A stretch of DNA of 64,000 nt from positions 10,808 through 74,807 of the forward strand of contig DAIUEJ010000005.1 in NCBI GenBank assembly GCA_036845225.1, in the 5' to 3' direction. The notes below the pieces were generated by a model. It searched no databases and had not been told where the DNA came from. It saw only the letters and a program-made list of their open reading frames with translations. A program made the position numbers and the translations under genes. The DNA comes from Candidatus Anoxymicrobiaceae bacterium (GTDB lineage Bacteria; Actinomycetota; Geothermincolia; Fen-727; Anoxymicrobiaceae). Position 1 is the first letter of the stretch. Each line of letters starts with the position of its first letter. Positions 17,807 through 27,472 of the stretch are shown in pieces.

Positions 17807-18013
17807 CTACTTCGCGTTGGGCAGGCCCAGCACCTTGCGCATGTTCGCGTCGTCGGCGGGCGCAACCTCGCTCTGGGTGTCGAGCGTGTGCTTCCGCTTC
17901 GCGCTCTTATCCGTGAAGAGGTGGCCGTTGAAAGCGTGCTTCCGCATCAGCTTGCCCCTGCCGGTGGCGCGGAACCGCTTGGCGGCGCCTCTATGAGTCT
18001 TCATCTTCGGCAT
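17807..18013 (-). CDS. rpmI: 50S ribosomal protein L35
   Basis: MPKMKTHRGAAKRFRATGRGKLMRKHA... Confidence 0.9.
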   Translation of the reverse strand: MPKMKTHRGAAKRFRATGRGKLMRKHAFNGHLFTDKSAKRKHTLDTQSEVAPADDANMRKVLGLPNAK

Positions 18014-18017
18014 GCGA

Positions 18018-18608
18018 TCACTCCTTCTTCGGCTCGACGACGGCTATCGGGTTGAGCACCATCGTCATGTTCCGGCCGTCGAGCCTGGGCTTCGCTTCCA
18101 CAGTGGCGATCTCACTGACGTCGGCCGCCAGCCGGTTCAACAGGTTGAGCCCCAGCTCCGTGTGCGTCATCTCGCGCCCGCGGAACATTATGGTGACCTT
18201 GACCTTGTTCTGCTGGTTCAGGAACCTCACCACGTGTTTCTTCTTGGTCTCGTAGTCGTGGATGTCGATCTTAGGTCGCATCTTCATCTCTTTGACCACG
18301 ATGACGCTCTGTTTCTTTCGAGCCGCCTTCTGTTTCTGGTCCTGCTCGTAGCAGAACTTGCTGTAATCCATGATCTTGCATACCGGCGGTTGCCCCTGCG
18401 GGGCGACCTCCACAAGATCCAGGTCCTTCTCGAGAGCGATCTTCTGGGCTTCCTCGATGGGTTTGACCCCCAGTTGCTCGCCCGTTTCGGATATCAGGCG
18501 CACCTGCGGGCACCTGATGGACTCGTTGACCCTCAGCTTTCCAATTATGGCGACTCCTCCTTTGCTAGTCCTGCAAGTAAAAAGGGGTGGCACAATGCCA
18601 CCCTTCAT
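18018..18608 (-). CDS. infC: Translation initiation factor IF-3
   Basis: Starts MKGG... (as E. coli IF3) followed by IF3 N- and C-domains ([14 protein letters not shown]...DLVEV; [18 protein letters not shown]). Confidence 0.9.
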   Translation of the reverse strand: MKGGIVPPLFTCRTSKGGVAIIGKLRVNESIRCPQVRLISETGEQLGVKPIEEAQKIALEKDLDLVEVAPQGQPPVCKIMDYSKFCYEQDQKQKAARKKQSVIVVKEMKMRPKIDIHDYETKKKHVVRFLNQQNKVKVTIMFRGREMTHTELGLNLLNRLAADVSEIATVEAKPRLDGRNMTMVLNPIAVVEPKKE

Positions 18609-18824
18609 TATCCGATATGGATAACCCTGCCGGCTGCCATTTTACGCTCCGTATCGGACCCGGCGCCGCAGGGTGAGGAGCGGCATCTACGCCCCTTCTT
18701 ACCTCTGTTGTATGCAGAGTATAGCATACGGGGCCTGTCGTTTCAGCGGAACACATGACCGATACTCTGGCGAAACCGGCCTCTCTAACCGATAATACTC
18801 ATGTAACAGAAAGGACGATCCGAA

Positions 18825-19764
18825 TTGCTGCAACCCAGACCCAAAGTGCTCGTCGCCGATGACGACCACAACTTGAGGCAACTGCTGATGGAGGCGCTGC
18901 CCAAGCACAAGTTCGAGGTCTACCAGGCGGCCGACGGCAACGAGACCTGGGACACCGTGAAGAACCTGAGGCCCGACATAGTCCTGCTCGACATCATGAT
19001 GCCGGGCCTGGACGGCCACGAGATCTGCAAGCTGATGCGCGAGAACCCGCAGACGCGCAACATCCCGGTCATAATGCTGACCGCGCGCGCCCAGCTCAAA
19101 GACAAGCTGGAGGGCATCGAGGCGGGCGCCGACGACTACATCACAAAACCGTTCGACCCCATGGAGCTCCAGGCGCGCATCGAGATGCACCTCCGGCGCT
19201 ACCTCCGCGACAGCGATATGAGTCCCATCACCGAGCTGCCCGGGAACAAGGCTATCGAGAGCGCGCTGGTCGAGCGCATCGAGTCGGGAAGGAAGTTCGC
19301 CTTCCTCTACATCGACCTCGACGACTTCAAGGCCTTCAACGACTACTACGGCTTCACCGCGGGAAGCGACGTAATCCGGATGACCGGGGGTGTGCTGGCG
19401 GAGGCTCTCGAGGAGAACGGCTCGGGAGACGATTTCTTGGGGCACGTGGGCGGCGACGACTTCATCGTCCTGACGTCCATCGAGACGGCGGAGGCCGTCT
19501 TCGAAGGGGATCATCAGCGTTTTCGACGAGCGCATCCGCACCCACTACAGCCCCGAGGACCTGACCAAGGGCTACATCGTCTCGATCGACCGCCGCGGGT
19601 ACGTCATGAAGTTCCCGGTGATGACCATCTCGATCTCCATCGTCCACAACGATAACCGTGAGCTGACGGACCCCGCGCAGATCGGCAGGATCGCGGCTGA
19701 GCTGAAGAAATACGCGAAGGACCTCGAGGGAAGCGTTTACGTCTTCGACCGCAGGAAGGCATAG
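18825..19764 (+). CDS. Response regulator with REC plus GGDEF (diguanylate cyclase-like) domains; signature reads GGDDF; apparent +1 frameshift in a G4 run near 19505-19512
   Basis: REC region (VLVADDD...DIVLLDIMMPGLDGHEICK) followed by a GGDEF region (FAFLYIDLDDFKAFNDYYGF...HVGGDDFIVL). After ...AVFEG the frame is lost. The next frame gives IISVFDERIRTHYSPEDLTKGYIVSIDRRGYVMKFPVMTISISIVHNDNREL...YVFDRRKA*, the genuine GGDEF C-terminus ending at 19764. Confidence 0.75.
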
Positions 19765-19805
19765 GGACTGGCGGCGGGCGCGCCGATCGACTTCGGATCA
19801 CTGAC

Positions 19806-21968
19806 ATGAACTATCGCGGCCTACTTTCTCGCAGGGGCGGGCCCGGCCACGAACAGGGCTACCGTGCGAGGGGCGACATCAGCCACCTCTTGTTCGTGAC
19901 CGCGCGGCCCGGCATACAGCTCCTCTGGACCATCCTCGTGGTGGCCACCCTTGCCTATACGCTCATCAGCAGCGGCCCGAAGTATCCCGGCGTGGTGGTC
20001 CTCATGATGGCGACCTTCGCGCTGGTAATCCTCGGCAACCATTTCTTCCCGTTCGACGAATACCGGCCCGTGCTGTTCTTCTTCCTCATGGCCGCCTCTT
20101 TGGCCCTGACCTCGTCCATCGTGTTCCTGACCGGCAACCGGAACAGCCTGCTGGGCTTCCTCTTCTTCGCGGTACCGATCTTCGCATCCGCTTACTACGG
20201 CTATCCAGGCACGCTCCTGATGTCCCTCCTGACCGGGTTCGCCCGTTACATCCCGTTCATGACGGGTGGGGTCTCGGGACTGCAGCAGCTCGCGCTCGCC
20301 CTGTCCGCGGCGACCTACGTGTTCATCGGCATGATGTCCTGCTACGTGGTCGAGGGCGAGAAGATGTACGCGAGGGAGTCGAACGAGTACCGGCACCTGC
20401 TGGAGCTCTCGCGTCACAAGGAGCGCGATGTATCGCGCATCTACAACCTGAGCAGGCGGTTCTCGTATACGCTCGACCTCGACACGATCCTGAAGACGAC
20501 GGCCGCCCTCGCCCGGCAGATGCTCGCCTCCGAAAGCGCGCTGGTGTTCCTCATGGAGGGTGGCAGGCCTGTCCTCAAGGCCGCGCTCGGGCTCCTGCCG
20601 TTCACTGACATGGCCTCCGTTTCGGTCCCCGTTGAGAGCGCCTGGTTCCAGCGGCTGGCCGCCGGCGACGCTGTCATCGAGGAGAAGGCCACCCTCGGCT
20701 GGCTGCCTCTCACCCCCGAATCCGCGGGCAAGAAGCACAACATCGCCGCGGTCCCGCTTTTCACGGGCGGGGACGTGACCGGCTACCTCCTATGCCTCTC
20801 GCCGGCCGCGAGGTCTTTCAGGGAGTCAAACCTGGAGATCCTTTCGACGATCGCGAGCCAGGCTGCGGTGGCGGTCGAGAAAGCACAGCTCTACGCCGAG
20901 ACCCTCGATGACAAGACCAAGGTCGAGACTATCCTGAGCGCCTTGCGGGACGGCCTCCTGCTGACCGACACCCGGGGCAGGCTGGTCGAGGCCAACCCGG
21001 TCGCGGCGAGGATGCTAGGACTCGAGACGGATCCTGACGGCACCCGCCTGCAGGAGGTGCTCGCCACGGTCGTCGAGGATTGCGACCTCGGCCACCTCAC
21101 CCTGAACGAGGCGGTCGAGGCCGCGCTGGATGGGCGCACCGTCTTCGGTGAGATGGTCCTCTCGGGCGAGACCCACATGACCGTGCAGGCCCACTTCATC
21201 CCGCTCCGCGACCAGCTCTCCAACGTCTCGGGCGTTGTACTGGTCCTGCATGACATCACCGAGCTCAAAAGGGTCGACGAGATGAAGTCCAATTTCGTCA
21301 CCAACGTCTCGCACGAGCTGCGCACGACTCTCACCAGCATCTCGGGTTTCGTGAGCCTGCTTCTCGCCGGACGTGCGGGGGCGCTGTCTGCCAACCAGGA
21401 GAAGTACCTCGACGTGGTGAAGCAGCAGGCTTCGAACCTCACCAGGATGATCGAGGACCTCCTTGACCTCTCCAGGCTGCAGGCGAGCCGCAGCAGGGCA
21501 GGCGCGCAGCGCTCCGAGCTCGTCGACCTCGCCGAACTAGCGGCCAGGCAGTTGGCCGAAGCGGCGAACGACGGCTCGATCGATGTCCGGCTCAACATCA
21601 GCGAAGACCTCCCGCCGGTGGACGCCGACCCGGCCCGCCTTTCGCAGGTCCTCATCAACATCATGGAGAACGCGATCAAGTTCACCCCGCCTGGCGGGCT
21701 GGTGGAAGTGGGGGCCATGCTCAACGGTTCATTCGTCCAGGTGAAGGTGTCTGACACCGGCGCGGGCATCTCGCATTCGGCGCTGCCCCACATCTTTGAC
21801 AGGTTCTTCCAGGCGCACGGCGGCGACTCCGCGGACCAGGGGGGCTTCGGGCTGGGGCTCGCGATATCGCGTGAGATCATCGAGCTTCACGGCGGCAGGA
21901 TCTGGTGCGAGAGCGACCCGGGGCGTGGCTCGACTTTCTACTTCACAGTCCCCATCTATGCAAAATAG
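19806..21968 (+). CDS. Sensor histidine kinase: multi-TM N-terminal domain, GAF, PAS, HisKA, HATPase_c
   Basis: 720 aa; H-box DEMKSNFVTNVSHELRTTL and ATPase N/G boxes (NIMENAIKFT; DTGAGIS; GGFGLGLAISREI). Confidence 0.85.
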   Translation: MNYRGLLSRRGGPGHEQGYRARGDISHLLFVTARPGIQLLWTILVVATLAYTLISSGPKYPGVVVLMMATFALVILGNHFFPFDEYRPVLFFFLMAASLALTSSIVFLTGNRNSLLGFLFFAVPIFASAYYGYPGTLLMSLLTGFARYIPFMTGGVSGLQQLALALSAATYVFIGMMSCYVVEGEKMYARESNEYRHLLELSRHKERDVSRIYNLSRRFSYTLDLDTILKTTAALARQMLASESALVFLMEGGRPVLKAALGLLPFTDMASVSVPVESAWFQRLAAGDAVIEEKATLGWLPLTPESAGKKHNIAAVPLFTGGDVTGYLLCLSPAARSFRESNLEILSTIASQAAVAVEKAQLYAETLDDKTKVETILSALRDGLLLTDTRGRLVEANPVAARMLGLETDPDGTRLQEVLATVVEDCDLGHLTLNEAVEAALDGRTVFGEMVLSGETHMTVQAHFIPLRDQLSNVSGVVLVLHDITELKRVDEMKSNFVTNVSHELRTTLTSISGFVSLLLAGRAGALSANQEKYLDVVKQQASNLTRMIEDLLDLSRLQASRSRAGAQRSELVDLAELAARQLAEAANDGSIDVRLNISEDLPPVDADPARLSQVLINIMENAIKFTPPGGLVEVGAMLNGSFVQVKVSDTGAGISHSALPHIFDRFFQAHGGDSADQGGFGLGLAISREIIELHGGRIWCESDPGRGSTFYFTVPIYAK

Positions 21969-22870
21969 GGACAGGCACCGTTTTGCATCAGCAACATATT
22001 TCTTGCACCCTACTTGATATGCTTGTACTGCTAGGGCATAATATTGTTCAAATGCGCCAGCCACGACTGCAAGCCTCGGACGCCCTGCATCATGTCTTCA
22101 CACGAGGCAACAATAAGCAAACCATCTTCCGTGAGGCAGGTGACAAGGTGTACTTCTTGAACCTCCTGTCCTCAGTTATCTCAAGATACGCTTGGATTTG
22201 TCACTCATACTGCCTCATGGACAACCATTATCACCTTCTCCTTGAGACACCGAGTGGCTTCCTTTCTGAAGGAATGCACGTCATCAACGGCGCCTACACC
22301 ACAAAGTTCAACAGCAAGTACGGGTGTTCAGGGCATGTACTGCAAGGGCGCTATCACTCGCCGCTGGTGGAGCAGGAATCTCACTTCCTTGAACTACTGA
22401 GATACATCGCCTTGAACCCTGTGAAGGATGGATTTGTCCTGCATCCAGAAGACTGGCGATGGAGCTGTTATAGAGCGCTTGCCGGGATAGAACCTTTACC
22501 TGCCTTCCTTTCCACCCAGCGTGCCCACGGGGTTTTCGACCAGGACACAACCAACGCCAGACGACTTTATTCCGATTTTGTCCTTGAGCGGCTTCCGGAA
22601 GCACTGGAGCGGGCAAGGGGAAGGCCTTCACTCTCGATGATCTTCGAGTGCTGCCAAGACACTGACCGGAGTGCAGCTGCCATCGTTACAGCTTATGCCA
22701 AACACCGATACAGCATGACCGAGATTGCCCGGTACCTCAGAATCAGTTGCGCAACAGTCAGCAGGGTCATTTCAAAAGCGGATCAAGCAGACCTTGATTG
22801 GGAATTCAGGATTTAGGAGATCCCGCTTCATGTTAACAATGCAAAATGGTGCCTGTCCCTATTTTGCAGG
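21958..22870 (+). mobile_element. ~0.9 kb low-GC insertion carrying a RAYT/IS200-like Y1 transposase gene bounded by ~36-39 bp imperfect inverted repeats, each containing a hairpin (tgcaaaa-[tagggacaggcaccg]-ttttgca)
   Basis: Left 21960-21996 gcaaaatagggacaggcaccgttttgcatcagcaaca; right 22830-22868 atgttaacaatgcaaaatggtgcctgtccctattttgca (reverse complement). The inverted repeats abut the stop codons of the two convergent host genes (histidine kinase and HD-GYP). AT content is higher than in flanking DNA. Confidence 0.7.
22052..22816 (+). CDS. REP-associated/IS200-like Y1 (HUH) tyrosine transposase with C-terminal DnaA-C-like HTH
   Basis: ALHHVFTRGNNKQTIF...YCLMDNHYHLLLE (HuH motif)...RYIALNPVKDGFV (Tyr region)...MTEIARYLRISCATVSRVISK (HTH). 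The ATG at 22052 is chosen; the ORF upstream of it is junk. Confidence 0.7.
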   Translation: MRQPRLQASDALHHVFTRGNNKQTIFREAGDKVYFLNLLSSVISRYAWICHSYCLMDNHYHLLLETPSGFLSEGMHVINGAYTTKFNSKYGCSGHVLQGRYHSPLVEQESHFLELLRYIALNPVKDGFVLHPEDWRWSCYRALAGIEPLPAFLSTQRAHGVFDQDTTNARRLYSDFVLERLPEALERARGRPSLSMIFECCQDTDRSAAAIVTAYAKHRYSMTEIARYLRISCATVSRVISKADQADLDWEFRI

Positions 22871-22875
22871 GTTTG

Positions 22876-24981
22876 TTAGACCATGCCAGGAAGGCGCCGG
22901 GTCGGGGCCACCTCTTCCTGCCTCGCAAACCCGGTGTTCGTCAGCTCTTCCTCAGCGACCGCCGCCATGAACGCTTTTACGACCACCGGGTCGAACTGCG
23001 TCCCGGCGTTGAGCTCCAGTTCCCTGACGGCCTCGGCGACGGGCAATGCCTTGCGGTAAGGCCGGTCCGACATCATCGCCTCGAAAGAGTCAGCCACCGC
23101 GAGTATCCTCGCTCCCAGCGGGATATGCTCGCCCGCGAGGCCGTCCGGATACCCCTTGCCGTCAAACCGCTCGTGGTGGTGCAGGATGATCTCCCGGGGC
23201 GCCTGCAGGAAAGTCACGGGCTCAATGATGGAGTCGCCGAGTTGCGGATGGGTCTTGACGTGCACGAACTCCTCCTCCGAGAGGGCGCCCGGCTTGTTCA
23301 GGATCTTTCTCGCGATTCCGATCTTCCCGATGTCGTGGAGGGCCGCCGCGTACTTCACGTTGCGGCACTCCCACTCCGACAGCTCGAGCTTGCGCGCGAT
23401 CGCCATGGCGTAGTCCGTTACACGCTCGGAGTGGCCGTAGGTGTAGGGGTCCTTGACCTCGATGGCCCTGGCGAGCGCCTTGACCGTCGAGAAGTAGCTC
23501 ATCTCCAGGTCCTCGTACAGGGACGCGTTCTCGAGCGCCACCGCCGCCTGGCCCGCGATGCCGGTCACCATGTTCAGGTCATCGCTCTCGAACTCGTCCC
23601 CCTCCTTGGAGGAGAAGAGCACGACCATGCCGAGCAGGTTCTCGCGCGAGAAGATCGGCACCAGCACGACGGAGCGCGTCAGGGTGTCTTCGATGCGCCC
23701 GCGCGGGATGAACGGCGAGAGCTGCGGCTCGCAGATGGCCACCTGGTGGTTGAACAGGGACTCGACGTCCTCGTCGGTGAGGTCCGCCGGCTGCACGCCT
23801 TCGCCCAGCTCCATCTCCCAGTCCGAGTCGGGGAAGACGCCGAAAGTGGCCGTCGGATAGAAGCGGCCGCTTTCGGTGACGTAGATGTACACGCTGCACT
23901 TGCCGACCTCGCAGACGTCGGCGGTGATCTGGACCAGGCGGGAGAGCAGTACGTCGATGTCCAGCGTGGAGGTGACCAGCCTCGCGACCTCCAGGAGCGC
24001 CATGGTCTCTTTCAGCTTCTGCTGCTCGCTCCCGTGGAGGCGCGCGTTCTCCATCGCGGCGGCGACCTTGTTGGAGAACCTCACCGCCAGGTTGACCATC
24101 TCCTGGGTGAACATCTGGGGGCGCTCGACGTTGTCGATGAGCATCATCCCGACGTTGCGGTCGCGGACCATCAGCGGCGTGATGAGAACGACTTTCGTCT
24201 TCATCTTCTTCATCAGCGAAGACATCGCCGGCATGGTCCGCGGATACCCCTCCACCACCACGGCTTCGCCGTCGTGGACGAGCTGCTTGATGAGGACCTC
24301 GTCGAGGTTGAAGCCGCCCTCTCCGAACACCCTCTCGTGGTCGAAATTGGAGGCCTCGACGTGCAGTTCGTTCGTGAGCAGGTCCCTTGTGATGAACGCG
24401 CACCTGCCGGCGTCGACCAGCTCGATGCACTTCTTGATGGAGGTGAGCATCAGCGTGGTGAAATCGAGGGTGGCCGCCAGGTTGCTCGGGAACCTGTCTA
24501 TGTCCTTCTGGTAGGCGTGGTAGAACTTTATGACCTCGTCCCTGGTCTGCGTGAACGACTGCGCCCGGATGTTCTCCGCCTGCCCGAGCAGGTCATCGAG
24601 GACGAGAGAACACTGGAAGGCGGCCGTCGGGCTCGCCTCACCCTGCTCCACCATGTCCTTCACCACTGCGATGAGCGCCGTCTTTACCGCGACCGGCACG
24701 CACAGGACGTCCTTCAGGGAGTATCCGTTCTTCGCATGCGAGTAGCTCTGGAAAGTCTCGTTGCCGAGGAAATCCGTGGTGTCGCCGTCGGAGATGGCGC
24801 CCTTGAGCGAGTCGAGGTAGTTGATGAAATACTTCTTGCGGGTCAGCTTCATGAAGGCGTAGAACGAGGACGATGGCGTGTCGTGCTCGGGTATCTTCGC
24901 GAGGACGTCCGCCCGCCTCCTTGAGTGCACGTCGAGCGCCAGTGCCCTGCCTTCTTTGTACTCCGATGAGGATGCCGTCAT
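22876..24981 (-). CDS. c-di-GMP phosphodiesterase-like protein: GAF-GAF-HD-GYP
   Basis: 701 aa; two GAF regions followed by an HD-GYP domain (AAALHDIGKIG...HHHERFDGKGYPDGL). Confidence 0.8.
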   Translation of the reverse strand: MTASSSEYKEGRALALDVHSRRRADVLAKIPEHDTPSSSFYAFMKLTRKKYFINYLDSLKGAISDGDTTDFLGNETFQSYSHAKNGYSLKDVLCVPVAVKTALIAVVKDMVEQGEASPTAAFQCSLVLDDLLGQAENIRAQSFTQTRDEVIKFYHAYQKDIDRFPSNLAATLDFTTLMLTSIKKCIELVDAGRCAFITRDLLTNELHVEASNFDHERVFGEGGFNLDEVLIKQLVHDGEAVVVEGYPRTMPAMSSLMKKMKTKVVLITPLMVRDRNVGMMLIDNVERPQMFTQEMVNLAVRFSNKVAAAMENARLHGSEQQKLKETMALLEVARLVTSTLDIDVLLSRLVQITADVCEVGKCSVYIYVTESGRFYPTATFGVFPDSDWEMELGEGVQPADLTDEDVESLFNHQVAICEPQLSPFIPRGRIEDTLTRSVVLVPIFSRENLLGMVVLFSSKEGDEFESDDLNMVTGIAGQAAVALENASLYEDLEMSYFSTVKALARAIEVKDPYTYGHSERVTDYAMAIARKLELSEWECRNVKYAAALHDIGKIGIARKILNKPGALSEEEFVHVKTHPQLGDSIIEPVTFLQAPREIILHHHERFDGKGYPDGLAGEHIPLGARILAVADSFEAMMSDRPYRKALPVAEAVRELELNAGTQFDPVVVKAFMAAVAEEELTNTGFARQEEVAPTRRLPGMV

Positions 24982-25103
24982 GAACCACCTCGGACTTTTC
25001 TATCGCTGCCCCAATTATAGGGCTGTCATGCGATATTGTGAATTTCGACGTAGATGGCGCGAACCATCCCCATGGATGTCTCCGCCGCCTTGAGTCGCGC
25101 CGC

Positions 25104-25565
25104 CTACATCGTCGACATCAGGTTGGCCATCTCGATCGCGGTGAGCGCGGCCTGCCAGCCTTTGTTGCCTGCTTTTGCGCCCGCCCGGTCGACGGCCTGC
25201 TCCAGGGTATCCGCGGTGATGATGCCGAACGCCACCGGAACACCGGTCTCCAGGCCCACTCGCGCTATCCCCTTGGACACTTCCGCCGCGACATAGTCGA
25301 AGTGCGGCGTGCTGCCCCTGATGACCGCCCCGAGGCAGATCACCGCGTCGTACTTCCCCGAAGCCGCCATCTTGTTCGCGACCAGCGGTATCTCGAACGA
25401 TCCCGGCACCCACGCGATGTCGATGTTCTCGTCAGAGGCCTCGTGGCGCTTGAGCGAGTCGATCGCCCCGGACAGCAGGTTCTTACTGATGAACTCGTTG
25501 AAGCGGCTCACCACTATCCCGAACTTGTAATCCCTTGCGACAAGCTGTCCCTCGAACGTGCTCAT
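25104..25565 (-). CDS. ribH: 6,7-dimethyl-8-ribityllumazine synthase
   Basis: [26 protein letters not shown]...; start set at MSTFEG rather than the upstream ORF extension. Confidence 0.85.
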   Translation of the reverse strand: MSTFEGQLVARDYKFGIVVSRFNEFISKNLLSGAIDSLKRHEASDENIDIAWVPGSFEIPLVANKMAASGKYDAVICLGAVIRGSTPHFDYVAAEVSKGIARVGLETGVPVAFGIITADTLEQAVDRAGAKAGNKGWQAALTAIEMANLMSTM

Positions 25566-25593
25566 GTCCGTCCCTCCCTTGTTAATTTCGCGC

Positions 25594-26811
25594 CTACTCC
25601 TTGACGTCATCGAAGTCGAGCGCGTGGTCCATCTTCTCTTTCTTGGTCCTCAGGTAGCGTATATTCTCTGCGCACGGCTCGACCTGCAGGGGCACACGCT
25701 CGGTGACCGACAGGCCATAGCCCTCGAGCCCCACCCTCTTGGCGGGGTTGTTGGTCAGCAGCCTCATGGAGGTGAGCCCGAGGTCCCGCAGGATCTGGGC
25801 GCCCGTCCCGTAGTCCCTGGCGTCGACTGGTAGACCGAGCTCGATGTTGGCCTCCACCGTGTCGAGCCCCATATCCTGGAGCTGGTACGCCTGCAACTTA
25901 TGGGCGAGCCCGATGCCGCGCCCCTCGTGCCCTATGATGTAGAGCAGCACGCCTTCGCCGGCCTCGTCGATCATGCGCATCGCCTCCCTGACCTGCGTCC
26001 CGCAGTCGCACCTGGTGGAACTGAAGACGTCGCCGGTCAGGCACTCGGAGTGGACACGCACAAGCACGTCCTTCTTCCCGTTGACGTCGCCCTTCACGAG
26101 CGCCAGGTGGAAAGTCTTGTCGACGAGGCTCTCGTACCCGACCGCCCTGAACTCCCCGTACGTCGTCGGGAGCCGGGCCTCCGACACCTGCTTGACCAGG
26201 TGCTCGGAGCCGATTCGGTGCTTGATGAGTTCTTCCACAGTGATCATCTTGAGCCCGAACTTCCTGGCGAACTTCTCGAGCTCCGGGACGCGGGCCATCG
26301 TGCCGTCCTCGTGCATGATCTCGCAGATCACGCCGGCCGGGAAATGCCCCGCCAGCCGCGCGAGGTCGACGGCCGCCTCCGTGTGCCCCGCGCGCATCAG
26401 GACGCCGCCCTCACGCGCCCTCAAAGGGAACACGTGTCCGGGCTTGCTGATGTCCGCCGCGGTCGTCTCCGGGTTGATCACAGCCTGGACCGTCGCCGAC
26501 CTGTCGTAGGCGGATATGCCGGTTGTGATCTTTCCCTTGGCGCCGATCGATACCGTGAACGCGGTGCCCTGCGCGCTCGTGTTGTCTTCGACCATGGCAG
26601 GGATGTCCAGCTCGTCCAGCCGGCTCGCCACGCATGGCATGCAGATCAGGCCGCGCCCGTTCTTGCTCATGAAGTTGATGACGTCCGGCGTCACCATCTG
26701 CGCGGAGCACACCAGGTCACCCTCGTTCTCCCGGTCCTCGTCGTCGACCACGATGATGATGTGGCCTTCCTGCAGCTCTTCGATTGCCTCCTCAATAGTG
26801 CTGAAGGGCAT
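25594..26811 (-). CDS. ribBA: Bifunctional 3,4-dihydroxy-2-butanone-4-phosphate synthase / GTP cyclohydrolase II
   Basis: 405 aa; DHBP synthase N-terminal half (RENEGDLV) and GCH-II C-terminal half (CxxGHE region RCDCGTQ). Confidence 0.9.
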   Translation of the reverse strand: MPFSTIEEAIEELQEGHIIIVVDDEDRENEGDLVCSAQMVTPDVINFMSKNGRGLICMPCVASRLDELDIPAMVEDNTSAQGTAFTVSIGAKGKITTGISAYDRSATVQAVINPETTAADISKPGHVFPLRAREGGVLMRAGHTEAAVDLARLAGHFPAGVICEIMHEDGTMARVPELEKFARKFGLKMITVEELIKHRIGSEHLVKQVSEARLPTTYGEFRAVGYESLVDKTFHLALVKGDVNGKKDVLVRVHSECLTGDVFSSTRCDCGTQVREAMRMIDEAGEGVLLYIIGHEGRGIGLAHKLQAYQLQDMGLDTVEANIELGLPVDARDYGTGAQILRDLGLTSMRLLTNNPAKRVGLEGYGLSVTERVPLQVEPCAENIRYLRTKKEKMDHALDFDDVKE

Positions 26812-26823
26812 CTCAATCTCCTC

Positions 26824-27468
26824 CTATTCACCCTCGCCGAGTATGTATCCACCCCGGGCAAGAGCATCTTCTATGCCTGACTGCCCGCCTCTGCGGGCGA
26901 GAAACGCTTCCACGTACTTCGCGATGATGTCCACCTCTATGTTCACGCTGGCGCCCGGTCTCGCGTCGTCGAGGGTCGTCTCGGCGAGCGTGTGGGGGAT
27001 GATCGAGACCGAGAACCCACCCTGGCGGGCGTCGACCACCGTCAGGCTGATCCCGTCCACCGTCACGGACCCCCTGGGCACGATGTACCTTGCCACGTCG
27101 CTGTCGACCGCGATGTCGAATAAGACCGCGTTGCCCTGGTGTTTGCGGGAGCGCACGGTCCCTACGCCGTCCACGTGGCCGTTCACGATGTGCCCCCCCA
27201 GGCGCCCGTCAGCCTGCAACGCCCTCTCCAGGTTGACGGCGGCGCCCGGCCGCAGCGAGCCGAGGATGCTTCTCGCCAGGGTCTCCTGCATGACATCGAC
27301 CGTGAACGACGAACCGTCCATGTCGACCACCGTCAGGCAGACGCCCGAGACCGCTATCGACTCGCCCACGCTGGTCCCCTCGAGCACGCGTTTCGCCGCG
27401 ACCTTGAGCGCCCCGGCGGGCGTCAGCTCCATGACCTTGCCTCTCTCCTCGATAATGCCGGTGAACAT
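26824..27468 (-). CDS. ribE: Riboflavin synthase alpha subunit
   Basis: MFTGIIEERGKV... with the two lumazine-binding repeats; 214 aa. Confidence 0.9.
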   Translation of the reverse strand: MFTGIIEERGKVMELTPAGALKVAAKRVLEGTSVGESIAVSGVCLTVVDMDGSSFTVDVMQETLARSILGSLRPGAAVNLERALQADGRLGGHIVNGHVDGVGTVRSRKHQGNAVLFDIAVDSDVARYIVPRGSVTVDGISLTVVDARQGGFSVSIIPHTLAETTLDDARPGASVNIEVDIIAKYVEAFLARRGGQSGIEDALARGGYILGEGE

Positions 27469-27472
27469 GCGA

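Noticed and set aside
22846-24924. 692-aa plus-strand ORF antisense to the GAF-HD-GYP gene, and similar antisense ORFs over the GRE (58000-60003), metK (41521-43005), glnA (36469-37833), GH78 (46735-47802) and glutamate synthase genes
   Set aside because: Same reasoning: no recognisable motifs, biased low-complexity composition, and the opposite strand encodes a well-supported protein.
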